A stretch of DNA of 64,000 bases from Epiperipatus broadwayi (lineage: Eukaryota > Animalia > Onychophora). The position numbers and the translations under genes were made by a program. Position 1 is the first letter of the stretch. Each line of letters opens with the position of its first letter. A model generated the notes under the pieces. That model was given only the letters and a program-made list of their open reading frames with translations. It was not told where the DNA came from and did not search any database. The DNA is taken from assembly GCA_028023455.1 (NCBI GenBank), contig JAQFVV010000004.1, positions 13,268,001 to 13,332,000 of the forward strand. The letters run 5' to 3'. Shown piece by piece: positions 53,003 through 64,000 of this stretch.

Positions 53003-54824
53003 AATTACATTAATTAAAAGAAAAGAGAATTAAATATTTAGAATTATTATTGAGAAATGTAGAATAATTTGTTGTAATTTTCAGATCATATAAAATATTA
53101 AAATACTGAAGATGCATGTTTTTAAAAAATGACATATGCCTTCAGTTGGGAAAAGATGTTTTTCTGTGAATGCTGCAGAGATAAAAATTGTTATGTAAAT
53201 GAGAATTAAATTTATAATTGTTAGATAAATCAAATTAAAAACTCTAAATAAAAAGTAAAAATCAAACTTAAGATGAAAAGAATTGATTTATTAATCTGTT
53301 TAAATTAACTCTTACATATGATGGTAAATTTAATACTTCATTTTACTTGTTAATATATTTCAGTCTATTTAATATATCAATGATTTCCCTAAAATCTCTC
53401 GATGAGGATTGTCACATCTAAATAGGGTTTTGGTTTTGGAGAAAATTATGTGATTAACAAGCAAGCACTGAAGTGGATGAATAACTTTTGACTGAGTCAC
53501 TTTTTGTCAGTGCTTATGTGAGAGCTAATCATCTCTCTATAGGTGCTCAGGTATACCCTATCTCACATAGATACCTTAAGCATCAAGGAGGATTGCATTT
53601 TGGCTTTGGTTTGTATACTAACATTTTAATTAATGAAAATGTTTTAATATTATAGTTATCCAATACATATCCAATGTTGTCTGTAGTTTTCTTTATATAA
53701 GAACTACATATTCTAATAAAAAGTATTCTTGCTGTATTTGTACTATTGGTATTATAGTCATTCTTTATTGATATTCATATACATGTATAATTCCTTTTTT
53801 CAGAAAACTTTTAATACAGAGAAGGAAGGTTCTTATGAATGATTACCTAGTCATAGAATAGATTTGAATTAATTTATGGTAAGATCAAGTATCTATCTAT
53901 ATGTGTGTGCTTTTTATATATAAAAATGTTAAGATAATATTTATAGTTTGTTTAGAAACAAAAATGTCAAAAAAAGAGACTTGTTCACCAGTTTTTGTTT
54001 TCAAGTATTTAATTTTACTGTGTAAGCTATCAATACATATCAAAAAGCCATTTTCTTTTTATTTTCTATGTGACAAAATAAATGTGTTATTAAAATATTT
54101 GAGCCAGTCGAAGATTTGTAGAAAACAGAATCTATAGTCTAATTCAAATTCCTTTAATAAAATATTTACAAAAGTATTACAGATCGGGTATCTCACTGGA
54201 ATCTCAATCACGTGTTTGTAATGCTGATCATTATAAATAAAAAGATATCAACAAAGCAATGTTTGGCCAAAGCCATAATGTCTTCTAGTAAACTAGAACA
54301 GAAAGAAGCTATATCCAGAGCTTCATCGGGTGATATGATGATAAACAACAAGATGATAGAATCGGCTAAGAATATCACTCATCATAATTAATGACAGGAG
54401 TAGAGTGAATTAATCGTTTATTAAGAATTTCATAAATAGAATTTTTGATTGTATCCGATTTCTCAGATATTTTTACTAAGACCAGAATGTGTGATCCAAG
54501 GACCTTAAGATAAAAGAATTGAGTAAAAGTCTTTTTTGTACATTTTTATTAGACAATAGAAATTAGAGTTACCTTTCATAAAATATTTTTATTTTACGTA
54601 TTATTATTATTAGTAAAACATTTTAAAATAAGAGCCTTAGTGGTATAATCTCTGTTTGTTTAAATATAAGCTTTATCGGTAAGTCTCGAATTATATTACC
54701 ATAGATGATAAGATCCATAATAACTATATCATACACTTTGTTGGCAGGAAATATTTCTACAGATAAATGTAATTTAATATTTTTTTAAAACGAATTTTTC
54801 TCCTTTTTGTAATATAATTTTTAG

Positions 54825-54870
54825 GGGATGTTGATTCAAATGGAACGCTGCAAATTTCATTTCTAGCAAG
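54825..54870 (+). other. Candidate 46-nt host exon (GDVDSNGTLQISFLA; possibly an Ig I-set NGTLxI strand)
   Basis: Pyrimidine-rich tract ending ttttag, an open frame, then AAG|gtcagt donor. No other exons were confirmed. Confidence 0.3.
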
Positions 54871-55572
54871 GTCAGTCCTTAATAATCTGGATTGTCTGTG
54901 CATATATATAAAACTAAATAAAGTTTATTAAATTTTTGTAATTAAGTATAGTCAGACAATACTCATATAATTATCACCCTTCATTATTATTTTCACTCTA
55001 GAAAAATTTGTGTACAACATAAATATCTTTGAATGTTATTAAAAAATAATATATGCAAATGGTTGGATTATGCAGAAAAGGACCAATATAAAGACTGCAA
55101 TAATCTACTCAGAGATGCACTGTTATAGTGAAGGCATATGTAATCTTCAGCAGAGTGTTGGCTTAATAATTAATTGTCATTATGAATCATTGTATATAAA
55201 AGTTATACTATATCTGGGTGTGTAAGAAACTATCGTTGATGGAAACATTCAGTTATATGGATTATATTAAATTATTGTGCATAAGTTCATTCTTACAGTC
55301 ACTGATCAAAATGGAATTTAAAGATTACAAAATAATGCTAAATTTCTATTAAATGTCTTATTTGTATACATTAAAACTTGAGTTGTTTATTTAATGTGTC
55401 ATAGTTTTATTTTAATAAAGTTATCGATGCTATCCTGCTGGTGTTGAATGAATACCTCATGGTATAGCAGAATGATGCAATCAACAGTTTTTTGTTTAGA
55501 AGAACTTGTACAAACAGTAGCAGAATGGTGCAGATATGACTGTAGCATAACTTTTGCAAGGATGTGGAATAA

Positions 55573-56060
55573 GCATTTATTTTTATAGCACTATGTCTTA
55601 TAAATTGCAATACATTAAAGATCAGCCTTTCCAAGCTATTGTGCATTCTCTTTTTACGAGTGTTAATAATAAATGAATACTTTCATTCCCAACACAAGAT
55701 ATAGTATTTATAAAAGAATAAAATAAATCCACTTATTCTTTCCAACCCAGATGCTTATATATACTTATTTACATATGTTTAAGTTTCATATGAAAGTGAC
55801 GTTTAGTAAATTCTAAATAATTTTGTCGACGTCATTCATTCAGACATCGTAAACAGTAATTTAAAATGAGTGGTCTATCCTCACGCTTTCATTTCCAGAA
55901 CTTAAGATTTGTCCATATATAAGCATTTGGGTTGGAAAGAATAAATGGATTCATTTTATTCTTTCATAAATGCTAAATCTTGTGTTGGGAATGAAAGTAT
56001 TCATTTATTATTAACACTCATAAAAAGCGCATGCACCATAGCTTGGAAAGGCTGATCTTT
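55573..56060. mobile_element. Family G fold-back nested in the Gypsy leader: ~148-bp arms, ~42-nt left tail, 15-bp TSD
   Basis: Arms 55615-55762 and 55915-56062; aaggatgtggaataa occurs at 55558-55572 and 56061-56075. Confidence 0.88.
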
Positions 56061-59000
56061 AAGGATGTGGAATAAAACAGTTTGATAACTGAAAAAACTG
56101 TGTAAACAATTATCATGGCATAATCAAATAACAATATTCCTGAATTTGGTATAATACTTTGCCTTGGAAAATTTATTTTGAACATGTCAAAAGATACTTG
56201 TTTATTAATATAATCAATGATGACAAAATTAAAGTGGCTATACTTTTGTTATTTTTTCAGAAAAAATATGTGGCAAAACAACCATGTGAACCCCAACACA
56301 TGAGGAGTTATAGGGGATAAGTTAAATGTTTATTTTCATCCAGCAATAACTAAATAGGTAGGAAGCCTAAGATTTAGGACTTCCAAGAGAATTATTAAAA
56401 TTATGATACTGCATGAAGAACAAGCATTAAATGAATGTAATTTTAACTCTGAGTTAGATGATATCCTATGGGATAAATTATTGTATGGAATGATGGATTA
56501 TAAATTCAGGAAAATTTTATTAAATGAACCAAATCTTATTTATAATTATGCAATAGAAATATTGGAGGATATTTTGGAATTTCAAGATACTACATAAGAC
56601 CCAAATAGCTGTAATAAAACAGAAGCTTATGGTCTGAGCTATAGGCACTCAAAATATGTTTCAATATAATGCTGCTGCAAAAGAAAAGGCCATGTGAAAA
56701 AGTACTGTAAATTATATTCATCATATTCTGTTATATGTTATTATCTCTGAACAAAAAAGTACTATAGAAATGGGTGATGTTGCTGGTTAATATTTGTTGA
56801 TCACAGAAGGACATTGTAAAGTTAGTAAAAAAGTAAAATAAAGTTAATGCTCAGGAAAATGAACATGAACAAACACAGTAGTCATTAACATTAAGGAGAA
56901 TAAAATACACTTATACTGCAAAGTAATTGTACCCATTAAAGTCCAATTCCAAATAAAATATCTATGAATGCATATAGGTAAGAGATACTTAAGTTCTGTT
57001 CTGGGTAGAAACTGGTTTAGACTATTTGCAATTTATATTAACATTATTAAGAGAGTACAGGTAAAAACAAAAGTCAGACGTAAGTTCTCATATTTGTTCT
57101 TGTCAGAATTAACTGAATTAAGAACACAGCTGGTTGATATTGGACTTATGAAGCATTCTTAACCAATAGTGAATAAACTGAGAAATGTCCCATTTGCTTT
57201 AAAATCCAAGATTGAAGAGACTATTAAGGATATGGTTAACAAAAACATTTTAGTCCTTGAATTGACCCTGGAGGAAAACTCATTATGTACTTATTGCTAT
57301 TATGAAACTGGATGGCACCATTAATATATGCAGAGACTACCATGTTACAGTTACCAGATATGGTAACAATGGAGCTTATTCTCCCTCAAGTATGGGTTAA
57401 GTATAAGCATTGCTATAGAAGACATAGTTCTTCACAAAGATTAATTTAAAGTCTGCATTCAACCAAATACTTATTATGGATAGAACTGCAGAATTATTAA
57501 CTATTAGTAGACATCAATGCACCAAAATATTGTATGGTAATGCAGTAGTACTTAACATATTTCAATCCAAGAAGATTAGTTTATTCCAAGAAAAGGGATG
57601 GGAATTATTCTTTATTAGGATGATATATTGATTACCAACAAAACAGAGCTCAGGTTAGAGATATGTTTATTAAAAGTTTGTTTAAAATTGGAGAAAATTG
57701 GAGCAAATGTTAATATTTTAAAATGTATTTGGGTTACCTCCAAGATAAAGTTATGAAATATACATCAAAAGAAAAATACTCTGAAAAAGTTATGGTGATA
57801 AAAATACCACAAGACTTAGTAATATCAAAGATTTAATGCATTATTAGGCTTATTCAAACTTTTTCTGAGTTTTCTTAAAGAAAAGTCATGTGTCATAACA
57901 CCTTTGTAAGAATTACTGAGAAATGAAGATGAACTAAAGAGCGAAAACAAAAGACTCATTAGTGTCTAGACAACTCCTTGTATATTATCATAGTGACCAG
58001 GAAGTAATGATAAAAACCAATGCTTCAAAGGAATAGGAGCATCATCTCACACTTCTGTTTTGGAGAACTTCAATAGCCTATGTTTTGAGAATATTGAGAG
58101 ATGTAAAAAATACAGTCAGTTTGACAAAAAATTTTGAATATTGTCTTCACTATTAGAAAATTTCATCAATATGCACCTGGATACAATTTTCAGATCTATA
58201 CAATCATTGTTTATTATTAGGAATTTTCATCAATAATAAGATAATTCCTGAATATGCCAACAAAAATTTGATCCACTGGATATATGTATTAGCAGTTTAT
58301 GATTATGAACTGATTTACAATCCAGTCAAGAAACTGGCCATACAGATGCCCTATTATATTTACCCGATACTTGCAAGTCTCAGCGTCAGTTTGCAGATAT
58401 AAACTATATAGACTCTATGAATCATAAAACAGTGAAGGTTGCTAATGAACTAAAAATGACCACAGATACAAAATTTTGCAAAATCCCATAAAGTATGGAT
58501 GACCAAAAAGTCACCAAAATAAGTAGGAGGGCCTGTAAGGAATATGTGTGAAAATAGTTGCATCTTCACATCCACACCATTATAAAAATAGATGCAAGTG
58601 CATAGTGTACTACATAAGAAGTATCCATGAGTAGTATGGATAAAATTCTGAGCAAGATTATATATATGGTGGCTTAATATGAGCCAAGATATGGAGCAGA
58701 TACTGAAGAATTGTTCAGAAATGTCAATCTAACACTAATGTTCTCCCAAAAAGATTGGAATCCTGGCTGAAGTCTACAGAAACATGAAAAAGACTACAAT
58801 TGAATTATGCCAAGCAATGAATGGCTACATTTTTTTAATTGCTATAGATTCAAAATCCAAATGTGCAGATTATAAATTTGTCAAAAATACCAGCATGGAA
58901 TATATTATCAAGGCTTTAAAAGAAATCTTCATAAGCCAGGGAGATCCAGAAAACATTGTGACTGACAACAGAATTAGTTTTATATTGCAGATGTTTAAGT

Positions 59001-59100
59001 TCTTTTCCCTGTGTCCTAGCTCCCGGCGCGAACCCCAACCCCCCCCCCACCCCCCCTTTTTTGTTTGGGCGGCGCTCCCCCCCCCCAAAAACTAGCTGAT
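59001..59100 (-). mobile_element. Garbled copy of the tRNA-derived SINE inserted in the Gypsy integrase
   Basis: ttttccctgtgtcctagctcccggcgcgaacccc parallels ttttctcatgtgtcatagcatcagccgggaagcgaacc; the remainder is homopolymer-rich. Confidence 0.5.
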
Positions 59101-61131
59101 TAGGTAATATGTCAGGTTTTTATACTATGTACTATCCCAAATCCAATGGTCTAGCCAAAAAGGATGTTCAACAGCTTAAATTGATATTTAATAAAATGAT
59201 ATACTAGAATATAAGTTCACAATATTTTTTTCCATATTTTACACCAGCATGCCAATGAAGACATTAGTAGCATTATTAATTCATTGAAAATTTAATACAG
59301 ATCTGTCAAAGTTATTTCAGATAATAATGTAATTAGTGAAAACAATCTAGACCTTGAAAATTTTAAAGTTAGCAAATAAGTTTGAATAAGGGACATTAAA
59401 AAATACTTTCTTGGTTTGATAATAAAAATATTGGCTAAACAAATCAGGTTAATCCAACTGAGAAGTGAAAAACATTTAAAGAAACACATCAATCATTTAC
59501 AACCTCACCAGAATAAGATGTCAAAAACAGATATTGTCCATGGAAAATCAGTAATAAAAAAATCTTATAAAGAAGAGAAATATGTTAATATATTCCAACT
59601 GTCCCAAATGAGGAAACATTCCCTGATAGCCGGACAGAGGAATAAGATCTTACTGAAAGAAGTACTCAATCACATGATCAACCAGTAGAAACAGTGGAGG
59701 ATCTATCATTAGCAAAGCAATCAGATCAAGAAAAAACTTCTGATCAGGATGAAGATTAATGCCATCTTTGAGCCTGTTTAAGATTGTCAGAGACCCCAAA
59801 AGATTTTAAGACAATTTTCTGTAACATTACATATTATTTTCTAGAGTTAGGGAGTAGATTGTCTGAGCATATATATATATATATATAAAGTGTAAATAAA
59901 GTTTATTAAAATTATTGTGATTATGCACAGACAGTTTATGTAGAATTGTCACCTTTCATTATTACTTTCACTGTAGAAAAAATTTACATACAACATGAAT
60001 ATCTTTGAGTGTTAGTAAAATCTAATACATGCAAATGAGTTTATATTATGCAGGAAGAACTATTATAAAAACCTGCAATGATTTATTTAAAGATGTGCTG
60101 ATATAGTGAATTAAGTGTAGTCGTCAACAGAGTTTTATGGAATCGATGTGTATACAAGTTATATCTATGTGTGAAAAAAACTATAGTTAATGGGAACACA
60201 TAATTTTCGAACATCACATGATAACACAATTGTATGACCTATATTAAATTACTATGCATGTGAATAAGGTAATCCACCCATAAACGAACTTTAGAGATTA
60301 TTTATATACATTATTGGCAAGTGAATAAACTTGTGATGTTAAGTTTAATGTATCTGTAGTCTTTATTTTAATAAAGTTATTAATTCTACTTGGCTGAAAT
60401 TGAAAGAATACCCCCAGAATGCAGCAGAATCTATTTTATTGAAAGTTGTTTCAATATTGCAAATAATTTTCTGAAAAGAAATATGCAATAGCTATTAATG
60501 CAAGATTGAAAAGTTTTTTTCTACTATTGAACTCTCATTTTCAGACATATGTTAATAATAAATTACAAATCCTATAGGTTGGTGTGGAATTGTGTAGATT
60601 GATTCTTAGTAGGAGCGATTAATTCTCATTTTTGTTTACTAGTTATTAAAGTCGAATTTTTAATGTTTCTTTGGTTGGAGAGAAAATAAAAATTACCCTC
60701 TAATAAAAGGTATGTTATATTACTAAGAGATGTGCGTATATCAAGTAATGTTATCAATTAAGATAAGTTTATGGCTAGACTCTTTTATAAAAAGAAATAA
60801 AATAATCTTATTTATTCTTTTTATGATTACATCTATTCAAACATTTTTTGAATGAAAATTAATTTTACAATAATACAGAAATGATATCTCTGCCTGCTAA
60901 AAGTTAAATCATAAATCAATTTACTTTTCTTAATTCATCTTTTATTGAATAATCTGAGATGTTTTCAATATATGTATTAGTTTATTGAATTGTAAAATCT
61001 AATCATAAAAACGAAGATATCTATACACATTTTTAAATATTGTAGAATATGATTCGTTTTTCAATGTTTTGCTTTTATTTTTCATAACAAAATTATTTGA
61101 AATATTATTGAATTATTAATTGTTTTTCGTG

Positions 61132-61231
61132 TTTTTTTTCTTCTATGTGTCAAAGCATCGACCAGGAAGCGAACCCGGGACAATTGCTTGTAAGATAGCT
61201 GTGCTGACCACTCGGCCACCAACACTTGACC
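61132..61231 (-). mobile_element. tRNA-Gly-derived SINE copy
   Basis: Minus strand: ggtcaagtgttggtggccgagtggtcagcacagctatcttacaagcaattgtcccgggttcgcttcctggtcgatgctttgacacatagaagaaaaaaaa. Confidence 0.87.
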
Positions 61232-61728
61232 ATTGTGTGCTATATATTTTAATATTACAATATTCATATTAATAGATTTTAAAGTAAATTTATTAAAAGT
61301 TACTGATAAATTGCAAGCTAAAGAAATCGTAATTTACAAGGTTTTACAATTTCTTCCAAATTGTTTTTTTTTTATTTGAATAGAAAAAAAATTAGACTCA
61401 AAAATAACTATTTAACATTTTCAATTTGCTGATGACATTAGTAAATGTGAAACAACATCAAATGAATAACAATGAAAATTTTGAGAACTGAATTTATCCA
61501 ATTTGATAATCTAATACATTTTAGCAAACCAAGGTTGGTGAATTAGTTCTGTGATATATATAAAGAAAGTATTTGAATTTAATTTGTTGGTGCCAGCAAA
61601 AATAATCAAATGAAAAACTAGAAATAAAAATGATTGAAATATACATAAGTAACTTATATATAGTGTCATTAAGAAGGAAGGCCACGTGAAGGTTAAAATA
61701 AAAATAAAATAAAACAAAAGCTCAATTA

Positions 61729-61828
61729 TTGTCAAAAGCGTTGGTGGCCCAGCGGTTAGCATAGCTGCCTTCCAAGCAGCCGGCCCGGGTTCGCTTCCCG
61801 GTAAACGCTTTGACATATATAAAAAAAA
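61729..61828 (+). tRNA. tRNA-Gly(TCC)-like retrocopy / youngest SINE copy (tRNA body 61738-61809), probably non-functional
   Basis: GCGTTGGTGGCCCAGCGGTTAGCATAGCTGCCTTCCAAGCAGCCGGCCCGGGTTCGCTTCCCGGTAAACGCT; anticodon TCC at 61771-61773; D-stem mismatched; T-loop TTCGCTT; A-tail; TSD aaaagctc(a/t)attatt at 61716-61730 and 61825-61839. Confidence 0.85.
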
Positions 61829-62739
61829 GCTCTATTATTATTGTTGTTATTTAAAAGATTTATTTAAATATAGTTAATAAAGAGTCATAATTTGTATTGG
61901 CTATGTGTATGTGTGTGTGCATACAATAATAAATAAATAAGAAAATAAAATTACACACATCAATATTAAAATATTTTATATAAAATTAATAGTGTGATTA
62001 GTTAACATTTAAAATAAATAATAGGAAAAAGTAACATTTATTTTTGTGAATCATTAGTAATTATTATTACAGGTTATAAAATATTATTCTTTGCAATTTT
62101 ATTTATGTAAATTAGTATAATTAAAAGAAGGCTAGACAGAATGCAAGAAAATCAATGAAAAGCTTTGGTAAAAGTGAAATTTTTGAATACAATAGGAAAC
62201 AAAGTAAACATTGAACCCAATGACATGTATTTTCAAATTTCCTGATTTAAAAACTGAACTGTGAAATATTTAAAATAAATTAGAAATCAAAGACATGGAT
62301 TTCTAAGAAAATAAGATCAAATGAAGGTTTTATACTTCATTTGCTAATACATTTTCCCAAGAACTTCTATGAAATACATGGTACAAAAAACATAGTATGA
62401 AAACATAGCATGGAATAAGTTAATTATATAATACAAATCTCTCTTCAAAATTAATGGATATCTCATAACTTATAATATTTGTTAGTCAACTAGGAAGCAA
62501 ACAAGATATGAAAAAATTATTGTTCAAAAACACAGTCAGATATTTAAAGCTAATGGATGATAATATTTCCACTCTATTATCACATCACCAACTTTGATAT
62601 GGATTATATTATTCAGATTAAATGAATATTAAATGGTAATATTTTTTTTAAAAAAGGCATTTCATTCTATAACCATTTCTTTAGTGATTAAAATATATGA
62701 TCTTCAAGATATAGACCCATAATATTGTTATATTCTGAA

Positions 62740-63495
62740 TAATATTTATAAAAAGGCAACAGCAACAATTAGATTACATAAGGATACTAGGAAGGTTAAC
62801 ATTGAAAAGGATGTAAGACAGGGTAATGCCATATCTCCAAAACATTTTACAGCAGTGCTGCAAGGAGTATTTTGTGGATTAAAATGGGAAGCTAAAAGAG
62901 TAAAAGTAAATGGAGATTATTTAAGTCATGTAGATTTTGCAGATGTACTATTAGTTTTTGCAAATAATGCTTCAGAGCTTCAGGAAATGCTGCAAAAGTT
63001 TTCAAATGAAAGTAAGAAAGTAGGACTAAAAGTAAATGTTAAAAAGACTAAATTAATGTTCAATGGAATTTCTCAAAAAATGAAAATAAAGATTAATTAT
63101 GATGAGTTAGATAAGTTAGCAACTACAAATACTTTGGTCAGATTACTACAACAGATGGAAACAATGGATTAAATTAGTCATAGAATTAAACTTGGCTGAA
63201 GTGATTTTGAAAGAAATAACCAAATATTAAAAGGACATATGCTCATGTGTTTGAAAATCAAGGTTTTTAATAAATATGTGGTACTAGTTTTTACCTACAG
63301 ATCTGAGACTTGGGCACTTAACAAAAAAGCAACACAAAGACTTCAGACCACTCAAAGAAGTATGGAGAGAGCATGTTATGATAACAAGAATAGATCAAAA
63401 ATTCAATAAATAAGTGGGAGAAGAAACAGGTATTACTGACATTATTGAAAGAATTGAAAAACTGAAGTGGAATTGGGTTGGACATATTGCTTCAT
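62740..63495 (+). mobile_element. RTE-clade LINE reverse transcriptase remnant
   Basis: DVRQGNAISPKHFTAVLQGVFCGLKWE..VNGDYLSHVDFADVLLVFA..GLKVNVKKTKLM, then fty rSETW and LKWNWVGHIA. Confidence 0.9.
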
Positions 63496-64000
63496 TTTGA
63501 ATAATTTTATCATTCTGATATTATTTATTTATGGTAATACTTTAAAATAAACTATAATTAATCATCTTACATAATATCCAGGCATTTTTGAATGTAGTAA
63601 ACCCAGGCCATCAGTTGATAAAAAATTGGAGCTGGTTCCTTAAAAATTTATCCCTCCAAGGTAGTATTATTTCAAGTAGTATGACAGAAAAATTATCCAC
63701 AAGAATATTAGCAAATCTTCGTGATGTTTATTTCACTTATTCTAATATTTTTAGAGAGTTATTCGATTTTTTTAAACTTTTTTTTTTTATATCTTCTTCC
63801 TTGGAATTCTCTTGTCCAAGCTCTCTCACGCCCTCTTTTTTTATTATTATGAATTTGGAAACATGCCAGAATTTTCTTTCTTATAAAATGTTAACAATAG
63901 AATATTGGAACTGAAGAAAACAAAAAAAATATTAAATATTAATTTACAAATGTTACTCAATAATATACAGATAATCTTTACCATTTTAAATATAAGATTA

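Larger units (their letters stand above)
54893..60416 (+). mobile_element. Decayed full-length Ty3/Gypsy element with both LTRs (54893-55459, 59860-60416)
   Basis: LTRs start tgtctg.gcatatatat and end ...ca; PBS-like tggtatagcagaatg at 55460; gag LDDILWDKLLYGMMDYKFRKILLNEPNL; SVLGRNWF; NVPFALKSKIEE; Y*DDILIT (~57615); integrase IELCQAMNGYIFLIAIDSKSK, IVTDN; PPT agagttagggagtag before 59860. Confidence 0.85.

Noticed and set aside
54183-54390. Open frame RVSHWNLN...NITHHN as a host exon
   Set aside because: No recognisable homology, and the splice boundaries are ambiguous.
61738-61809. Functional tRNA-Gly gene
   Set aside because: D-stem and acceptor mismatches, T-loop A58C shared with the SINE copies, an A-tail and a TSD instead of a T-run terminator.
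61511-61816. 101-aa ORF MSKRLPGSEPGPAAWKAAM
   Set aside because: It is the antisense translation of the tRNA-like element followed by AT-rich filler.

Overview
This is very AT-rich (by eye about three-quarters A+T) eukaryotic, probably invertebrate, repeat-dominated DNA with no intact protein-coding gene. Recognisable relics are two Ty3/Gypsy LTR retrotransposons (an integrase-PPT-LTR 3' end at 1-1780 and a decayed LTR-to-LTR copy at 54893-60416), several RTE/other LINE fragments, three Penelope-like (PLE) coding remnants (RT and/or GIY-YIG endonuclease), seven copies of a ~100-bp tRNA-Gly-derived SINE, and microsatellites. The main signal is invisible to the ORF track. At least eight mutually unrelated short non-coding repeat families (A-D, F, G, J, K) recur as fold-back and/or ~380-480-bp partial-tandem structures. 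Many share one architecture: an inverted copy at one end, a 25-60-nt unpaired tail at the other, and 12-15-bp flanking direct repeats (TSDs). Families A, B and D carry complete minimal type I hammerhead ribozyme folds (helix I - CTGANGA - helix II - GAAA - palindromic helix III - TH cleavage site) on both strands; K, F and J carry decayed ones. One element with this architecture (F) still contains Penelope GIY-YIG coding sequence, which links the set to PLE retrotransposition. I read this as a dense community of ribozyme-bearing non-autonomous PLE/retrozyme-like elements. All alignments and folds were done by eye; ribozyme activity, expression and mobility are untested inferences.
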